Below, piece after piece: positions 17,888 through 29,300 of a stretch of 64,000 nucleotides of DNA. The stretch comes from Candidatus Bathyarchaeota archaeon. Lineage in GTDB: Archaea; Thermoproteota; Bathyarchaeia; Bathyarchaeales; Bathycorpusculaceae. The position numbers and the translations under genes are program-made. Below the pieces are notes generated by a model. It made no database searches, was not told the DNA's origin, and saw only the letters and a program-made list of their open reading frames with translations. The stretch is from contig CAVYES010000005.1 of the NCBI GenBank assembly GCA_963767735.1, positions 448,001 through 512,000 on the forward strand. Reading direction: 5' to 3'. Position 1 is the stretch's first letter. Each line of letters starts with the position of its first letter.

Positions 17888-19263
17888 CTTTGTCCCAGGC
17901 GTGAATTCATACTTTTTTGACCTTGACTCTCGCAAATTTCTTTGATCATCTGTTGCTTTAAAACAGCCGTTAGTTGTGTCAGTTGAGTTTGTTCTAGTTG
18001 AGCTCGGTCTATGACTGTTATGTTGGATTGGGATAGTGCTTCTCTTGACATGACTTGGTCGGGGTTAAGTCCCCATGCGCGAATCATTTCTTTGAGGGCT
18101 TCAAGTTTGTTTAGGCGAGTTTTCGGTTTTATGCTTAGTCCTGAGGAGATGTATACGCCGCGGAGGTATTCTATGCCTTTCATGCGTATGTCGTGATAAG
18201 TGCTGATTGTGTGCCCCATCATGTATTCGATGTAATCGGTTTGAATGCTAAGTGATGCTAGTTGCGTGCGGAAGTATTTGCGAATGCTGTGAGCTCTTAG
18301 GTCATAGCGTCTTCCTCGAGGGTTGCTGGTGACTAGTCCTGCTTTGACGTAGAGGTTGTGGACAACTGAGTGAATTCTGCCTGTTGTTATTGATTTGGCA
18401 AGGTTGCTTTGTCCATCGCGTATTAATGGTGAGTTGTCGTGGATAATTTCTGGGTGTTTTCGTCCTGTTGGGCTGCCTTGTCTTCGTAAGTCCAAGTAGG
18501 CTTTGAGATATTCGGCTGCTTCCTGGTTTAGGAATGTGTCGTAGTCGTGATATTTGCCCTTGGTTATCTCTGATTCGACATGTACGTGGATTGGGATTAT
18601 GCCTTTTTCTAGGTCGCGTTTGACATGGCGATACTGCAGCTTGGATAGAGTGCCGATGCGAAATCCGCCTAACGCCAGTAGCGATATTATTACCCGTTCG
18701 CGTAGATCGGCTAAGTCGAGCATTTTTTGCAGCTCGTCAGGTGCTGGTGCTCTGTCTTCGTAGATGCTTCTTTTACTCAGATTGTATGGAAGTTCAAGTT
18801 TTAGTCCGTTGCAGCGGAATAATGCTTTGACGCCTTTAACGTGATTGCTTATGGTTCCTGGTGCCAAGTTTTCGGCTTGCAGGTTGGCGACGAAGTCATC
18901 TAGCATTCGGCTGGTCTGCGAAAGAGCTTTTGGTTTTGGGTCGCCGTCTTGGTCTTGGCAGGCTTTGACAAGTTGGTCGGGTTGGGTGTTTGTCCATAGG
19001 CTGAATCGGTGGACGCCGTAGATGTATTGGTAGAGGGTTGCTGGGCTTCCTGTTCTGTGACGTAAGAGGTGTTTTGCTAGTTCTATAGTCGTGGTGTTTT
19101 GGAAGGTTAAGGTTACGAGGCTTGGCATTCTGGTTAGTAATGCGTCGATTATGTATTGTTGGAGTTTTTTGTCTGCGGCTGTCTCTGCTTCAGGCAAGGT
19201 GAGAGTTAGTGGTTTTTGCAGTTTGTGACCTCGGGAGCTCTCCGTTATAATTACGGTTTTCAT
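17833..19263 (-). CDS. int: Tyrosine recombinase/integrase; C-terminus encoded antisense to the tRNA
   Basis: GGFRIGTL (Arg), HSIRKYF (HxxR), YMMGH...TY (catalytic Tyr); GGGAG RBS before ATG 19263. Confidence 0.9.
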   Translation of the reverse strand: MKTVIITESSRGHKLQKPLTLTLPEAETAADKKLQQYIIDALLTRMPSLVTLTFQNTTTIELAKHLLRHRTGSPATLYQYIYGVHRFSLWTNTQPDQLVKACQDQDGDPKPKALSQTSRMLDDFVANLQAENLAPGTISNHVKGVKALFRCNGLKLELPYNLSKRSIYEDRAPAPDELQKMLDLADLRERVIISLLALGGFRIGTLSKLQYRHVKRDLEKGIIPIHVHVESEITKGKYHDYDTFLNQEAAEYLKAYLDLRRQGSPTGRKHPEIIHDNSPLIRDGQSNLAKSITTGRIHSVVHNLYVKAGLVTSNPRGRRYDLRAHSIRKYFRTQLASLSIQTDYIEYMMGHTISTYHDIRMKGIEYLRGVYISSGLSIKPKTRLNKLEALKEMIRAWGLNPDQVMSREALSQSNITVIDRAQLEQTQLTQLTAVLKQQMIKEICESQGQKSMNSRLGQSSPGEIRTLVRGSRGPYA

Positions 19264-19632
19264 TTGTTTGCTCCCGTTCCTGTTTTTGTTTGGAGTTTTT
19301 CGCTTCTTTGGCTGAAGCGCATACTCTGCTTTACCTGTAGTTTCTTGAGAATTTAAGTGCCACTTTAAACTTTCTTGTAGTGGTAGCTTGCGGATTTCGA
19401 TGATGCAGCTCTTTAAAATAATTAGTCCGTTGCTTTGACCGCTGCATAGTTCAGCGTTGGGCATTGTTCTGTCGTGCTCGACGAGAATTATTTCGCTGTT
19501 TTCTTTCGATAACCAGCCGATGGTTTCCCTCTGCATTGCTTCTTCCATGGGTTGCTGAATGTTTTTGAAGAGAACGTGATCTTTATAGCGGATATAAACG
19601 GGTGAACCCAAGGAAAAAGCAAGAGAAGTCAC
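19264..19632 (-). CDS. Accessory protein in frame with the integrase, no intervening stop
   Basis: VYIRYKDHV...ETIGWL...IILKSCIIEI small beta domain; GAGGT RBS. Confidence 0.5.
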
Positions 19633-19666
19633 TATGTAACCTCGCGTTCCAGATTAAGTTTGGGTT

Positions 19667-20185
19667 TTAAAGGGAGCTCTTCTTTTGATCTGCATTGACG
19701 TAGTCAATCTTTTTGGGTCTTATTTTTCTGTAGACATTCATGAATGCGTATATGGCGCCTTCCCAGAAAGCATCAGGAGCATCTGATGGGTAAGCTATGC
19801 TGTTGTCTCGGCAAAAACCACCCATCATGTGTTGCATTCCTCTTATTGCTCGATATATTGTGACGGGAGAAGGCGAAGGTGAATCGGCAGATACGATGCC
19901 TTCTCCGATCTCCGAAATGGTTCCGCTCACATGTGGATACCATGTGTCAAATTCTTTCAGAGACATTTTTGGCGCTATCTGGTAGAAAAGTATCTGGCCT
20001 TGTTTGTAGGCTTCATTGCTTTCTGCTTTAAGCTTTTCAAGCAGTGATGCTATGTCTATATGGCTGCGCGTATCTATGTAATCTATGACTGCTTTTCGGC
20101 AGATTTCGGACCAGTTTACTTCAGGATATTTTTCCATGTTTGCGGCTATTTCATCGGAGAGATAAATTGTTACATTTTTGGGGAT
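19667..20185 (-). CDS. RHH/CopG-type regulator with C-terminal extension; probable ATC start
   Basis: PKNVTIYLSDEIAANMEKYPEVNWSEICRKAV; GGAGG 8 nt before ATC 20185. Confidence 0.65.
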   Translation of the reverse strand: MPKNVTIYLSDEIAANMEKYPEVNWSEICRKAVIDYIDTRSHIDIASLLEKLKAESNEAYKQGQILFYQIAPKMSLKEFDTWYPHVSGTISEIGEGIVSADSPSPSPVTIYRAIRGMQHMMGGFCRDNSIAYPSDAPDAFWEGAIYAFMNVYRKIRPKKIDYVNADQKKSSL

Positions 20186-20279
20186 TTTTGATTCCTCCGT
20201 TATCTGAATGCATACTGCACAGTCTTATGATATAAAGTATTCTGTGTATTCTGTGGGTAAATGTCTTTTCTGAAAATGT

Positions 20280-20519
20280 TCAATGCATCGATTGTACAAT
20301 CTCGCTGAACAAGTTGAATTCCGCTAAATCATCAACAGTCTCATTTGAAATCCCGCGTAAAAGCAATGCTTTTCGAGTCATCTTTATTCTGCTCTTCACT
20401 TGTCGTTTTCTTCGCCGGAAGTACTCAATCCTGTGTGCTGGGCAGCAGTAGCGTGCTTTCAGACTTTTAGCTGAAAAGGGCTTGAAGCAGTATATGCATA
20501 GTCTCTCGCGTTGAACCAT
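20280..20519 (-). CDS. Small zinc-finger protein
   Basis: CIYC...RYCCPAHR. Confidence 0.55.
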   Translation of the reverse strand: MVQRERLCIYCFKPFSAKSLKARYCCPAHRIEYFRRRKRQVKSRIKMTRKALLLRGISNETVDDLAEFNLFSEIVQSMH

Positions 20520-21170
20520 ATCTAAGCCTTAAAAATACAATGATGCTAAGCAGATTAGAATCTTATTGACAAGCAAATAGCAAAATTGTTACATTAGCCA
20601 CTCTGTCATATCCCCATTTACCCGCTGCGTAGAAGGAAATATGTAACGGTTTTTTTGAGAGGCATATTCAGCTGGTTTTAGCGGTTTTTCTCTTGAAGAA
20701 ATCTCAAAGTGCTTGTAACTATTCTTTCAGTTAATATGACTACCCCCCGTTTCATGACAAATGCTGCCAAAGTGATGTAACGATTTTTTCACTTGGGGGA
20801 TGCAGCCCCTATAATAGTGCAAAAAGGTGCAAAAGTTCTGTGACGCTTCTTTAGAAAAATGTTCTTCCGCTAGTTCCAAAACAAATTTTAGGTTAAGGGT
20901 TCGGGTTACTGAGAAAAACTGTTGAGTTGTTCTGTTGATTTTTCAGTGTGCACCTGATTAAATAGAGTCTTCTAAAATTGTGGACGAACTACGTGTTAAA
21001 ATAGGCGGTTATTAACGTGGTGCCTTCTGGGATTTCGGGTATTGAGCAGGTGACAAAAAGTTTATTTAGTGACCGATATTGTGTTCTAATCAATGGTTAA
21101 AGCATGTGTAAATTTGTCTTCTTTATGCGGTTTTTCCGCTGAAAACGTTGATTTGTAGGGATGGAAAAGC

Positions 21171-21818
21171 TTGGAAAACGAACATTTTCCTGGAATAAGC
21201 GAATTAATGGACTTTCAGCTCCCCCGTAAGCAGTGTTTCAGCAACAAAGCAGGCCATTTTAATGCAAACAAGGCATCTTATCGCAAGGTTTCGGTCTATA
21301 CTAAGAGTATGAAGCGATACTTGAAGGAGAGAGAGCGAAGACGGCAGGTGCGGCTTCTCGCTGAAGCGGGGCATACGCAAAAGCAAATCGCGAGTGAGCT
21401 GGGTGTTTCTACTCGGACCATTAAACGAGACTGGAATAAAATACATTCATACGTTAAAGGTCAAACCCGCAAAGAGATTAGACAAGTTGTAGATGAGCGG
21501 CAAGCAGAGTTTGAGCGGCGGTACGAAGGATTAACTGCCAATGAAGAGCTTAAGCTTCTAAAACAAGATATTAAGGAAGCGTCTAAGATGGCACGAGCAT
21601 TGCAAGGAAGCACAAGGCGAAGAGAGTTGAAACAGCAAACCTTTCGGCAATTAGATTACACTTTTGATCTCGACCACCTGACAACTGACGGTTTTCCACG
21701 TGTAATGGCTCCCCCTGACGGCTGCACTCAACTTTCGAGAGGGCTTATCAAAATGCAGTTTTACGCCTTGAAAAACGGAGAAAAAAGAGAACTCCTCAAC
21801 ATCAGCATTTCAAAGTAG
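21171..21818 (+). CDS. HTH DNA-binding protein; start possibly ATG ~21309
   Basis: GHTQKQIASELGVSTRTIKRDW. Confidence 0.7.
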   Translation: MENEHFPGISELMDFQLPRKQCFSNKAGHFNANKASYRKVSVYTKSMKRYLKERERRRQVRLLAEAGHTQKQIASELGVSTRTIKRDWNKIHSYVKGQTRKEIRQVVDERQAEFERRYEGLTANEELKLLKQDIKEASKMARALQGSTRRRELKQQTFRQLDYTFDLDHLTTDGFPRVMAPPDGCTQLSRGLIKMQFYALKNGEKRELLNISISK

Positions 21819-22181
21819 GCTGCTTATCCTTTCCACTAAGGTCTCGATATTTAACTTCTACATGGTTAATCTAACGATATTGATCTTCTCGGAAAATAAA
21901 CTTGGGACATCATTATTTTAGGTCACCAAATACACTAGTGGAGCCTTAAATAGTTGGTTCAGCAATCATGGCAAATTCCGTATAGTCTTGGCGTTTTTCC
22001 CGGGCTTTTTTCTCTAGCACAAAGTTCGGAACGATATTTACTATTTTTTAGCTCATTTTAGTCAGGTTGGTTACTCAAAAGAAATCGACTTCTGACCTAA
22101 AATATATATAGAAAACTTCCCGCAATTTAATAAAGATATAAATTAAGACATTCGATACATCTACCCGGGATTGAAGGCTAT

Positions 22182-24260
22182 TTGAAAGTGGAATCGGTGC
22201 GAAAAGCAAGACAGACTACTTTTCAAAGAGGTTCCACAATGAACGCAGCAATTGTTAGAGCTAACTTGAAAGCTCCAACAAATCTAAAGACCATTTTTCA
22301 AGACATTAGAAATCATTTGGCAGGAATGGCAACTGGTATTACTAGGGATGAAGCATTAGCTCAAGAAATAATCTATCTTCTTTTCTGTAAAATATATGAT
22401 GAAATGAAAACTTTACCAACTGAAAAAGTCACTTTTCAGTTCTTTGCAGACGATTCCTCAACTCATGTTAAGGAAAGGGTAATAAGTTTATTCGAAACGA
22501 AGGTTAAAACTGAATATTCCGACGTCTTTCACACAGATGACCACATAAATCTTGACGAAGAGTCCCTTACTTATGTTGTCAAAAAACTACAAAATCTTTG
22601 TATTAATGATGCTGAAAGGGACGTTATTACCGAAGCATTTGAAGTATTTATTGGGCCAGCTCTCAGAGGCGGGGAAGGGCAGTTTTTTACACCTCTTAAT
22701 GTAATAAAAATGATGGTGGAAATGCTTAATCCGGCAGTTGGAGAATCATTAATTGATCCCGCCTGTGGCAGCGGAGCTATTTTAGTTTCAGCATTGGATA
22801 AGGTGTGGTCAGCTTTTGACGTAAGCAATCTATTGCGTGATTTGCCAACTGAAGCGATGACGATTGAAAAGAAGAAGGCAGCAGGTTATCTCGTAGGTAT
22901 AGATAAAGATAGATTTCTTGCGAGAGTAACAAGAGCCTATATGGCTATAGTTGGTGATGGGCGGAGAGGCGTTTTTTGCGAAAATAGCTTGGAAATTCCT
23001 TCTTGTTGGCATCAGGAAACTCAAGAAAGAGTGAAGTTGGGTGGATTCGATATTGTTGCAACCAATCCGCCACATGGTTCAAAAATTCAAGTCAAAGGCA
23101 AAAGAGTTTTGGAACAATACGATCTAGCAAAAATCTGGAAAAAAGATAAAGACTCAAAAAAATGGTCAATTTCTGGTCTGACGAAAGACGTTCAGTCTCC
23201 TCAAGTCCTTTTCATTGAACGTTGTCTTCAGCTCCTCAAGCCTGGAGGACGAATGGGAATAATTCTCCCAGAGAGTTTGTTTGGAAGTTCACTTCACGGA
23301 TACATAATGGCTTGGCTTAGAGAAAGGGCAAAGTTCATAGCCTTGGTTTCCATGCCAGAAGAACTATTTCAACCATACACTCATAATAAGACATGTGTGG
23401 CTATTATCGAAAAAACAACCGCTAACTATGACTACCCTATATTCATGGCAGTTGCAGATTGGTGTGGTCATGATTCAAGAGGTAACCCAGTTCCTTATGA
23501 TGACACCTCCAAGATAACTGAAAAATTCAAAGAATTTCAATCAAATCCCGACGACTTCATTAATGGTAAACTAGGCTTTGTCCACAATCTATCCAAAATA
23601 AAAGGAGAAATTTTTGTTCCAAAGTATTATGATCCTGAAATAGATCAGGAATTAGAGAATCTTGGACGAACTCACGATTTATTAGAAATAGGACAACTCG
23701 TCAAGGAAAAGGTTATAACAGTTTCAACAGGGGTAGAAATTGGTAGGCTTTCTTATGGAACGGGTACTATACCGTTTGTTCGAACTTCTGACATTAGTAA
23801 TTGGGAACTGAAAATTGATCCAAAACATGGTGTCAGTAAAGAAATTTATGAAGAAAATGTCTCAAAAGCAGATGTTAAAGAGCATGACATATTGATGGTG
23901 AGAGATGGAAGTTATCTGATTGGAACAGTCTGCATGATAACAAAATTTGATACCAAGATTCTATTTCAAAGCCATATCTGTCGATTACGCATAACCAAAC
24001 CTGGTGTTCTTTCTCCTTTCTTATTGCTTGTTGCATTGAATTCCCCAATAGTCAAAAAACAAATAAGGGCGAAACAGTTTACCCAAAACATCATTGATTC
24101 TCTGGGGAACAGAGTAATGGAACTGATAATTCCAATCCCTAAAGATAGCAACCTAAGAGCTTTTTTGACAAGTGAAGCTCAAAGAGTTGTTGAAGAAAGG
24201 GCAAAACTTAGAGAGAAGGCGCGGCAGCTCTCAACACAAGTGATGGGGCAATTAGATTAA
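22182..24260 (+). CDS. N6-adenine DNA methyltransferase (HsdM-like) fused to an HsdS-like TRD
   Basis: GQFFTP, DPACGSG, NPPH, C-terminal TRD-like region. Confidence 0.85.
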   Translation: MKVESVRKARQTTFQRGSTMNAAIVRANLKAPTNLKTIFQDIRNHLAGMATGITRDEALAQEIIYLLFCKIYDEMKTLPTEKVTFQFFADDSSTHVKERVISLFETKVKTEYSDVFHTDDHINLDEESLTYVVKKLQNLCINDAERDVITEAFEVFIGPALRGGEGQFFTPLNVIKMMVEMLNPAVGESLIDPACGSGAILVSALDKVWSAFDVSNLLRDLPTEAMTIEKKKAAGYLVGIDKDRFLARVTRAYMAIVGDGRRGVFCENSLEIPSCWHQETQERVKLGGFDIVATNPPHGSKIQVKGKRVLEQYDLAKIWKKDKDSKKWSISGLTKDVQSPQVLFIERCLQLLKPGGRMGIILPESLFGSSLHGYIMAWLRERAKFIALVSMPEELFQPYTHNKTCVAIIEKTTANYDYPIFMAVADWCGHDSRGNPVPYDDTSKITEKFKEFQSNPDDFINGKLGFVHNLSKIKGEIFVPKYYDPEIDQELENLGRTHDLLEIGQLVKEKVITVSTGVEIGRLSYGTGTIPFVRTSDISNWELKIDPKHGVSKEIYEENVSKADVKEHDILMVRDGSYLIGTVCMITKFDTKILFQSHICRLRITKPGVLSPFLLLVALNSPIVKKQIRAKQFTQNIIDSLGNRVMELIIPIPKDSNLRAFLTSEAQRVVEERAKLREKARQLSTQVMGQLD

Positions 24261-24280
24261 TGTCTGCCTCAAATCATTGA

Positions 24281-25393
24281 TTATTTGTTTAGGTATTTTT
24301 CATAATTCTTCCATATCTTTGAAATTAATTCTCTTGTTTCATTCAAAGAAAGGCTTCCTTGAATACGGTTGCCATTTGCCGAGAGCCAACTAATGTTTTG
24401 TGCCGTATGACCCACCTTTGGGTCATCAGTAATCATCTTAAGTGGATTTAAATGTCCTACGTGAAAGTTGGATCTCCCATGAAATGGACTTAAAACTTCT
24501 TTCTCAAATTCCGCGAATTGAAGCGCGCTCAAAGTAACTGGACACCTTGCTGTTTCTCTATAATCAGAAATTAATTCTTCTTTTTTCAACAGATTACGTA
24601 ACTCCGAAGGAAATCCTTCAAAACAACATAATTGCGATATTAGTTCTCGTTCTATTTCAAGGCAGGTCTGTCTAAAGGCAAAATGTACAGACTCCGGATG
24701 AACTTCCCATCGTTTCTCTCTATTTGTCTTATGCTTTCCGGTCTGAACCCTATCGGTAAGATATGCTTTAACCTTGATTTTGTCTTTCAATATAAAAGAA
24801 AATAATTTAGCCTTTGGGTTCTTTTTTGCGTTAAGTAGAATTTCTCTCAGACGTAACGTTTTCTGATACTTCTCAGCCCATATCCATGAGATATTCTCGG
24901 GACAATGGATATTTTGAAGCGATTTATTTCTGGCTGGAGAATCTACATAATCAAAAGGTATTTCATAGGGCAACACATTGTATTTTTCGAACAATTTTAA
25001 CAATCTTACCACTCCCGGGTCACCAATAGCAGACTTAAGGTCGTTTATCGACTTCAACCAGATTTTTAAACAATTTTCAAATGTGGAAAATCGGGGATCT
25101 GAGTCATCGAATCTTTCCTGTTTTTTTCCTTTTGAAATTTTTATTGCCCATCTGACTTCCATCTTTGTTGAGGATATATCGTCGTTAACAAGTTCAATCA
25201 AGAAGATATTTCTTACAAGACTTGTGATTACATATCTATAGGTGGATTGACCGAGTTTCTCTTTTGTTGAAGAAAGTATTTCTGAGCTGGATTGGTATTT
25301 TTCCAAAAAACTGTGTACCTGCTCAAACATCTCTTTTCCGCTGAACCTCTTTTTCTCTGTCAATTCTTGAAGAGACCGTTTCATTCGTTCCAA
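24281..25393 (-). CDS. Putative type II restriction endonuclease with HNH-like C-terminus
   Basis: RCPVT...FHVGHLNPL...HTAQNISW...GNRIQG; convergent with the MTase. Confidence 0.6.
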   Translation of the reverse strand: MERMKRSLQELTEKKRFSGKEMFEQVHSFLEKYQSSSEILSSTKEKLGQSTYRYVITSLVRNIFLIELVNDDISSTKMEVRWAIKISKGKKQERFDDSDPRFSTFENCLKIWLKSINDLKSAIGDPGVVRLLKLFEKYNVLPYEIPFDYVDSPARNKSLQNIHCPENISWIWAEKYQKTLRLREILLNAKKNPKAKLFSFILKDKIKVKAYLTDRVQTGKHKTNREKRWEVHPESVHFAFRQTCLEIERELISQLCCFEGFPSELRNLLKKEELISDYRETARCPVTLSALQFAEFEKEVLSPFHGRSNFHVGHLNPLKMITDDPKVGHTAQNISWLSANGNRIQGSLSLNETRELISKIWKNYEKYLNK

Positions 25394-25520
25394 CTACTTC
25401 CTGCCCCTTCAGTGCTGTAACGGAATCGATACAAATTGATAGTTACCAGATAGTGGAAAGTTGGTAACCAACTGGTCACAAGTCATATACCTAATGCTCA
25501 CCAAACTGATTGCGAGACAA

Positions 25521-25784
25521 ATGGATTGGAGTGACTACGGTTACATCATTGCGAGCAACTATCGAGTAAAAGTAATTAAGGCCCTTTTGTTGCATCCGAA
25601 AACACCCAAACAGCTTTCCTTAGAGACTCAAATAGGCATCACCCATGTAAGTAGAACGATTAAGGAACTATCTTTGCGCGAATTAGTTTTTTGCTCAAAT
25701 CCTAAAGACTTGAAAGGTAAGGTCTTTGGTCTTACCGATAAAGGCAGAGAATTAGCTGTAGTAATCGCAAAAGATGATAATTAA
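25521..25784 (+). CDS. ArsR-like winged-helix regulator
   Basis: PKTPKQLSLET...HVSRTIKEL...GLTDKG. Confidence 0.75.
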   Translation: MDWSDYGYIIASNYRVKVIKALLLHPKTPKQLSLETQIGITHVSRTIKELSLRELVFCSNPKDLKGKVFGLTDKGRELAVVIAKDDN

Positions 25785-26379
25785 TAATAAACGGTTTATT
25801 CAAGAAGTGAAAACTAAGTATTTAAAATGGCTTTGCGAATATTTCACCTTATTCCATTAAAACTTTTATTCAGAAAGGCTTCCCTTTTTTCATAAATTGT
25901 AAATTTTTTCTTAAGTAAAGAGTCAATGTAGAATGGGTGAGTGTTTTGGATCTCTATCAGATTCAGGTTTATCTCGGGAAAGCTGGGAAGAAAGAGCGCA
26001 GAATAATTTTGTGCCGAGAAAGAATTAAATTAATGATAAAAGACAACTCTTGGCAGGAAAAATCACTTCAACGCAATTCAGCAAGCGATTACATCGGCAA
26101 GATACTACGTTGCACAAAAAAATTCAAAAAGACATTTCCCTAAATCCTTAAAATGATATGTAAATATTTGGACAATGAAAAGCAACTGAGGCGGAATGAA
26201 GACGGAGATTAATGTGGATAGATTGCGCCGATCTTTAAATTTCATAGTTCTCGGTTCTGGAGACAGTGTTTCAATTAATATCGGGTGCAAAGGGTAAATA
26301 GCACTTTTGCTTGTGATTTTGGCTTTGAAGAAAAGAAACTTTCAAAGATTGTTTAGATATTTTCTAACGCTAAATACAG

Positions 26380-29300
26380 TTAACAATTAAACGTCTTATT
26401 TACAAGATCCTTTATTTCGTTAGAATTTATTCCACCTTTTTCCGTGTCCTTGGTAACTATCAAAATTCCTCGTTTTCCTTTGCCTTCTTCTATCGGAAGA
26501 ATACCTTGAGACGTATACCATTCAAGTTTCTTTTTCCACTTCTTCCGATAATTCTCTTCATAGTACATTCCTAGATGTTCCCAAAGATATAATTGACCAG
26601 ATTCATCTTCAATGGTGAAATCTGGATATCGGACTAGACCATCGTCACCAATGAACTGCTTTTCATATGAATACCTAATGTGTTCCGAGTCTAAGTTGTC
26701 GGCAATTATTACTTCGGACTTTGACCTAACAGTCTCTCCACGTCTTGTGCGATGGATTAAGCTATCTTCGAAGAAACGATCTTCAACCAAAACCAAATCT
26801 GGATCTTGGAATAGATTTGTATATCGTCTTGCTGTTTCTGAAAAGGTTTCTGAAGAGTATTTCTTAAATTCACTCCAGTTTCCTTGGTGAAGTATAACCA
26901 AACGATCTCGTTGGCGAGTTAAGGCAGTATAGAGTAATTCTCTGGAAAGCAATTTGCAATGATTCGGCAGAATAAGAAAACAAATATTGAATTCGCTTCC
27001 TTGAGATTTATGAACAGTGATTGCATACGCTAATTCGAGGGGTGGGTTTTCTTCGTCGCCGAAATCTGAACCCTTAAAAGAATAACTGAAGTTGGGTTGC
27101 GATGAAAACTCAACATTTACTGGTAAAGGTCCAGACCATTTATCATACTTTCCTCTAAACTTTCCCACAACAGTTCCTATTTCCCCGTTGGCAACATACT
27201 GCAAAGCATCTTCTTTAGGCCAGACAGAAAATCGCCTATGATTAAAAGTGTTAATTACTTTGTCGCCGTAAACTATCCTATCGGGCCCCAACGGTTTCGG
27301 TATGGACTTTTTTCGAAAATCATATGCGAGATCGATGGTGCGAGAACGGAATTGTTTCTGCACAAGTCTATTAATATCCCTAACTCCGTAAGTATTACCT
27401 TTAACAGGCGAAAGAATTTGCCACTTTTCAGCCCAGTTCGAGCAACCATTATTAAAATAAACATACTGCCCGCTTTGCTTGCCTCCAAGTGACACCTCAA
27501 AATGGATACTATCCGAAGAATTAACCAAATTTAGTTCTTTGACTAAAACCTCAAGAATTTTTTCGAAAATCTCATTTTCAGTATCCCATTGAGACATTGA
27601 GAGATGTTGAAGCAAATTGGTTCCATTGATATCATTGAATATTTCGTCTCCTCCCGGGCCTAAGTCTCGACCGCTATACCAATCAGCGAGCTCTAAATCT
27701 TCGCGCCTTTTTCCTACTTGGCGGCGGCGCACAGTTAATTCAGCATAAGCCGAACCAACTTTTGGAAAAGTAGTTTCTATGTTTTGGGGGGTACAAAGAG
27801 CTATTATATCAACAAAAGGTCGTCCGGCTCCAATTGGCGGAAGCTGTCTTGGATCTCCGACTAAAACATAACGATCAACACCAGTGAGGGAATCAAAAAG
27901 TGCAGCAAGCATCTCTTCCGTAAGCATTGAAGCTTCATCAACAACCACTGTCTTATAGTCTTCAACTGGCTCCGCTTCCGATAACTTATAAATCCCCGTG
28001 TTTTCATCGAAACGTCTTGAGGGGCGAAGGAACTGTGCAATAGTTTGTGCCGGAAGACCAGTTGCTTGTTGCATCTTTACTCTAGCTTTCCCAGTTGGAG
28101 CTAACAATAAAATTCCGCCTGCATTGATTTCAGGGTGATGACATAACGTAGAAACCACCAATTTTGTTTTCCCTGTGCCTGCAGGACCTATTAAAACTGA
28201 AAGTCGGCTTTCACCTAACTCTTTTAAAGCCGCAACTTTCTCCTCTCTTGCATGTTTTTCGTCTTGATTATCTGCTGCTTGAACACCTTTTTCTTTCAAC
28301 TCTCCGTTTAGCATCTGAGACCAAACCTTAAGCGATCCCTTTGCCAGACTATTCCTGCTACCGCCAATTCTCTTTTTAACAGTTTTTCGTATTATACTAT
28401 CCATTTGAGATAATCTATTCAATTGGTAAGCACGTTTGCCATCTTTCATTTTGGCCAAAGAAACAATAGGATCGAACTTATCATCAAGCACAGCGAGCAA
28501 ATCCTCGTCGATTGGACAAATAGGATCGAGATCGCTGTCGCGAATATAATTTATTACTTGGGATTGTGGAAGCAAAGTATGGCCTTCAAGAGCAGAGTTC
28601 TCTAACGTATTGACGATTAAAGCCCTGACTCTGCGCCAATCTGTTGCATCATTTATCAAAGATGGTTCAGGAATTGGATGTTTTGAGCGAACTATCTTAT
28701 CAGGGAATAAACCGTGATCAATTGTTGCTAAACTGATAGGAGATTGTGAATATCTGTCAAGTTCGAATAGAAGATAAGGGTTACGTAATAAGTCAGAATC
28801 TGAACAATCAATTCCTGATTTATTTCTATCTTCTTTCACGTAAAATCTAGTCGCTTGTTCTGAATTAAGCTCAAAACGACTAAGTAGCTTCAGCAAAGAT
28901 TTTCTTTGGTCTGGAAGATTCTTCCACTTTAATTGAAGCGATAAAGAGATCTGTGGCGAAACTTCATCTGACAGTAATTGTGGATGACAAAATACTTGAT
29001 TAACAAGCGGCCAAGGATCTTCATTTTCATCAATTTTCGAAAATATTTCTTCAGCAACAAAATACGATTGCTGGACGCCAAAGGCGCTTAAGGCTGCACC
29101 TAAGCCTGGACAGGGACCTCGCCTTGTCCACAGCTCAATAAGCCGATCATTAATCCATTTAAATTGGCCATCAAAATGGCCCTCAACTTTTTCGGATATT
29201 TTTCTCAAGGAATTAGCACAAGATAAAAGAGCACTAATAGCGGCATCATGTGTAACGTGTTCAGTTGCATAAGAAAACTCCTCATGGCGATCGTTCGGAG

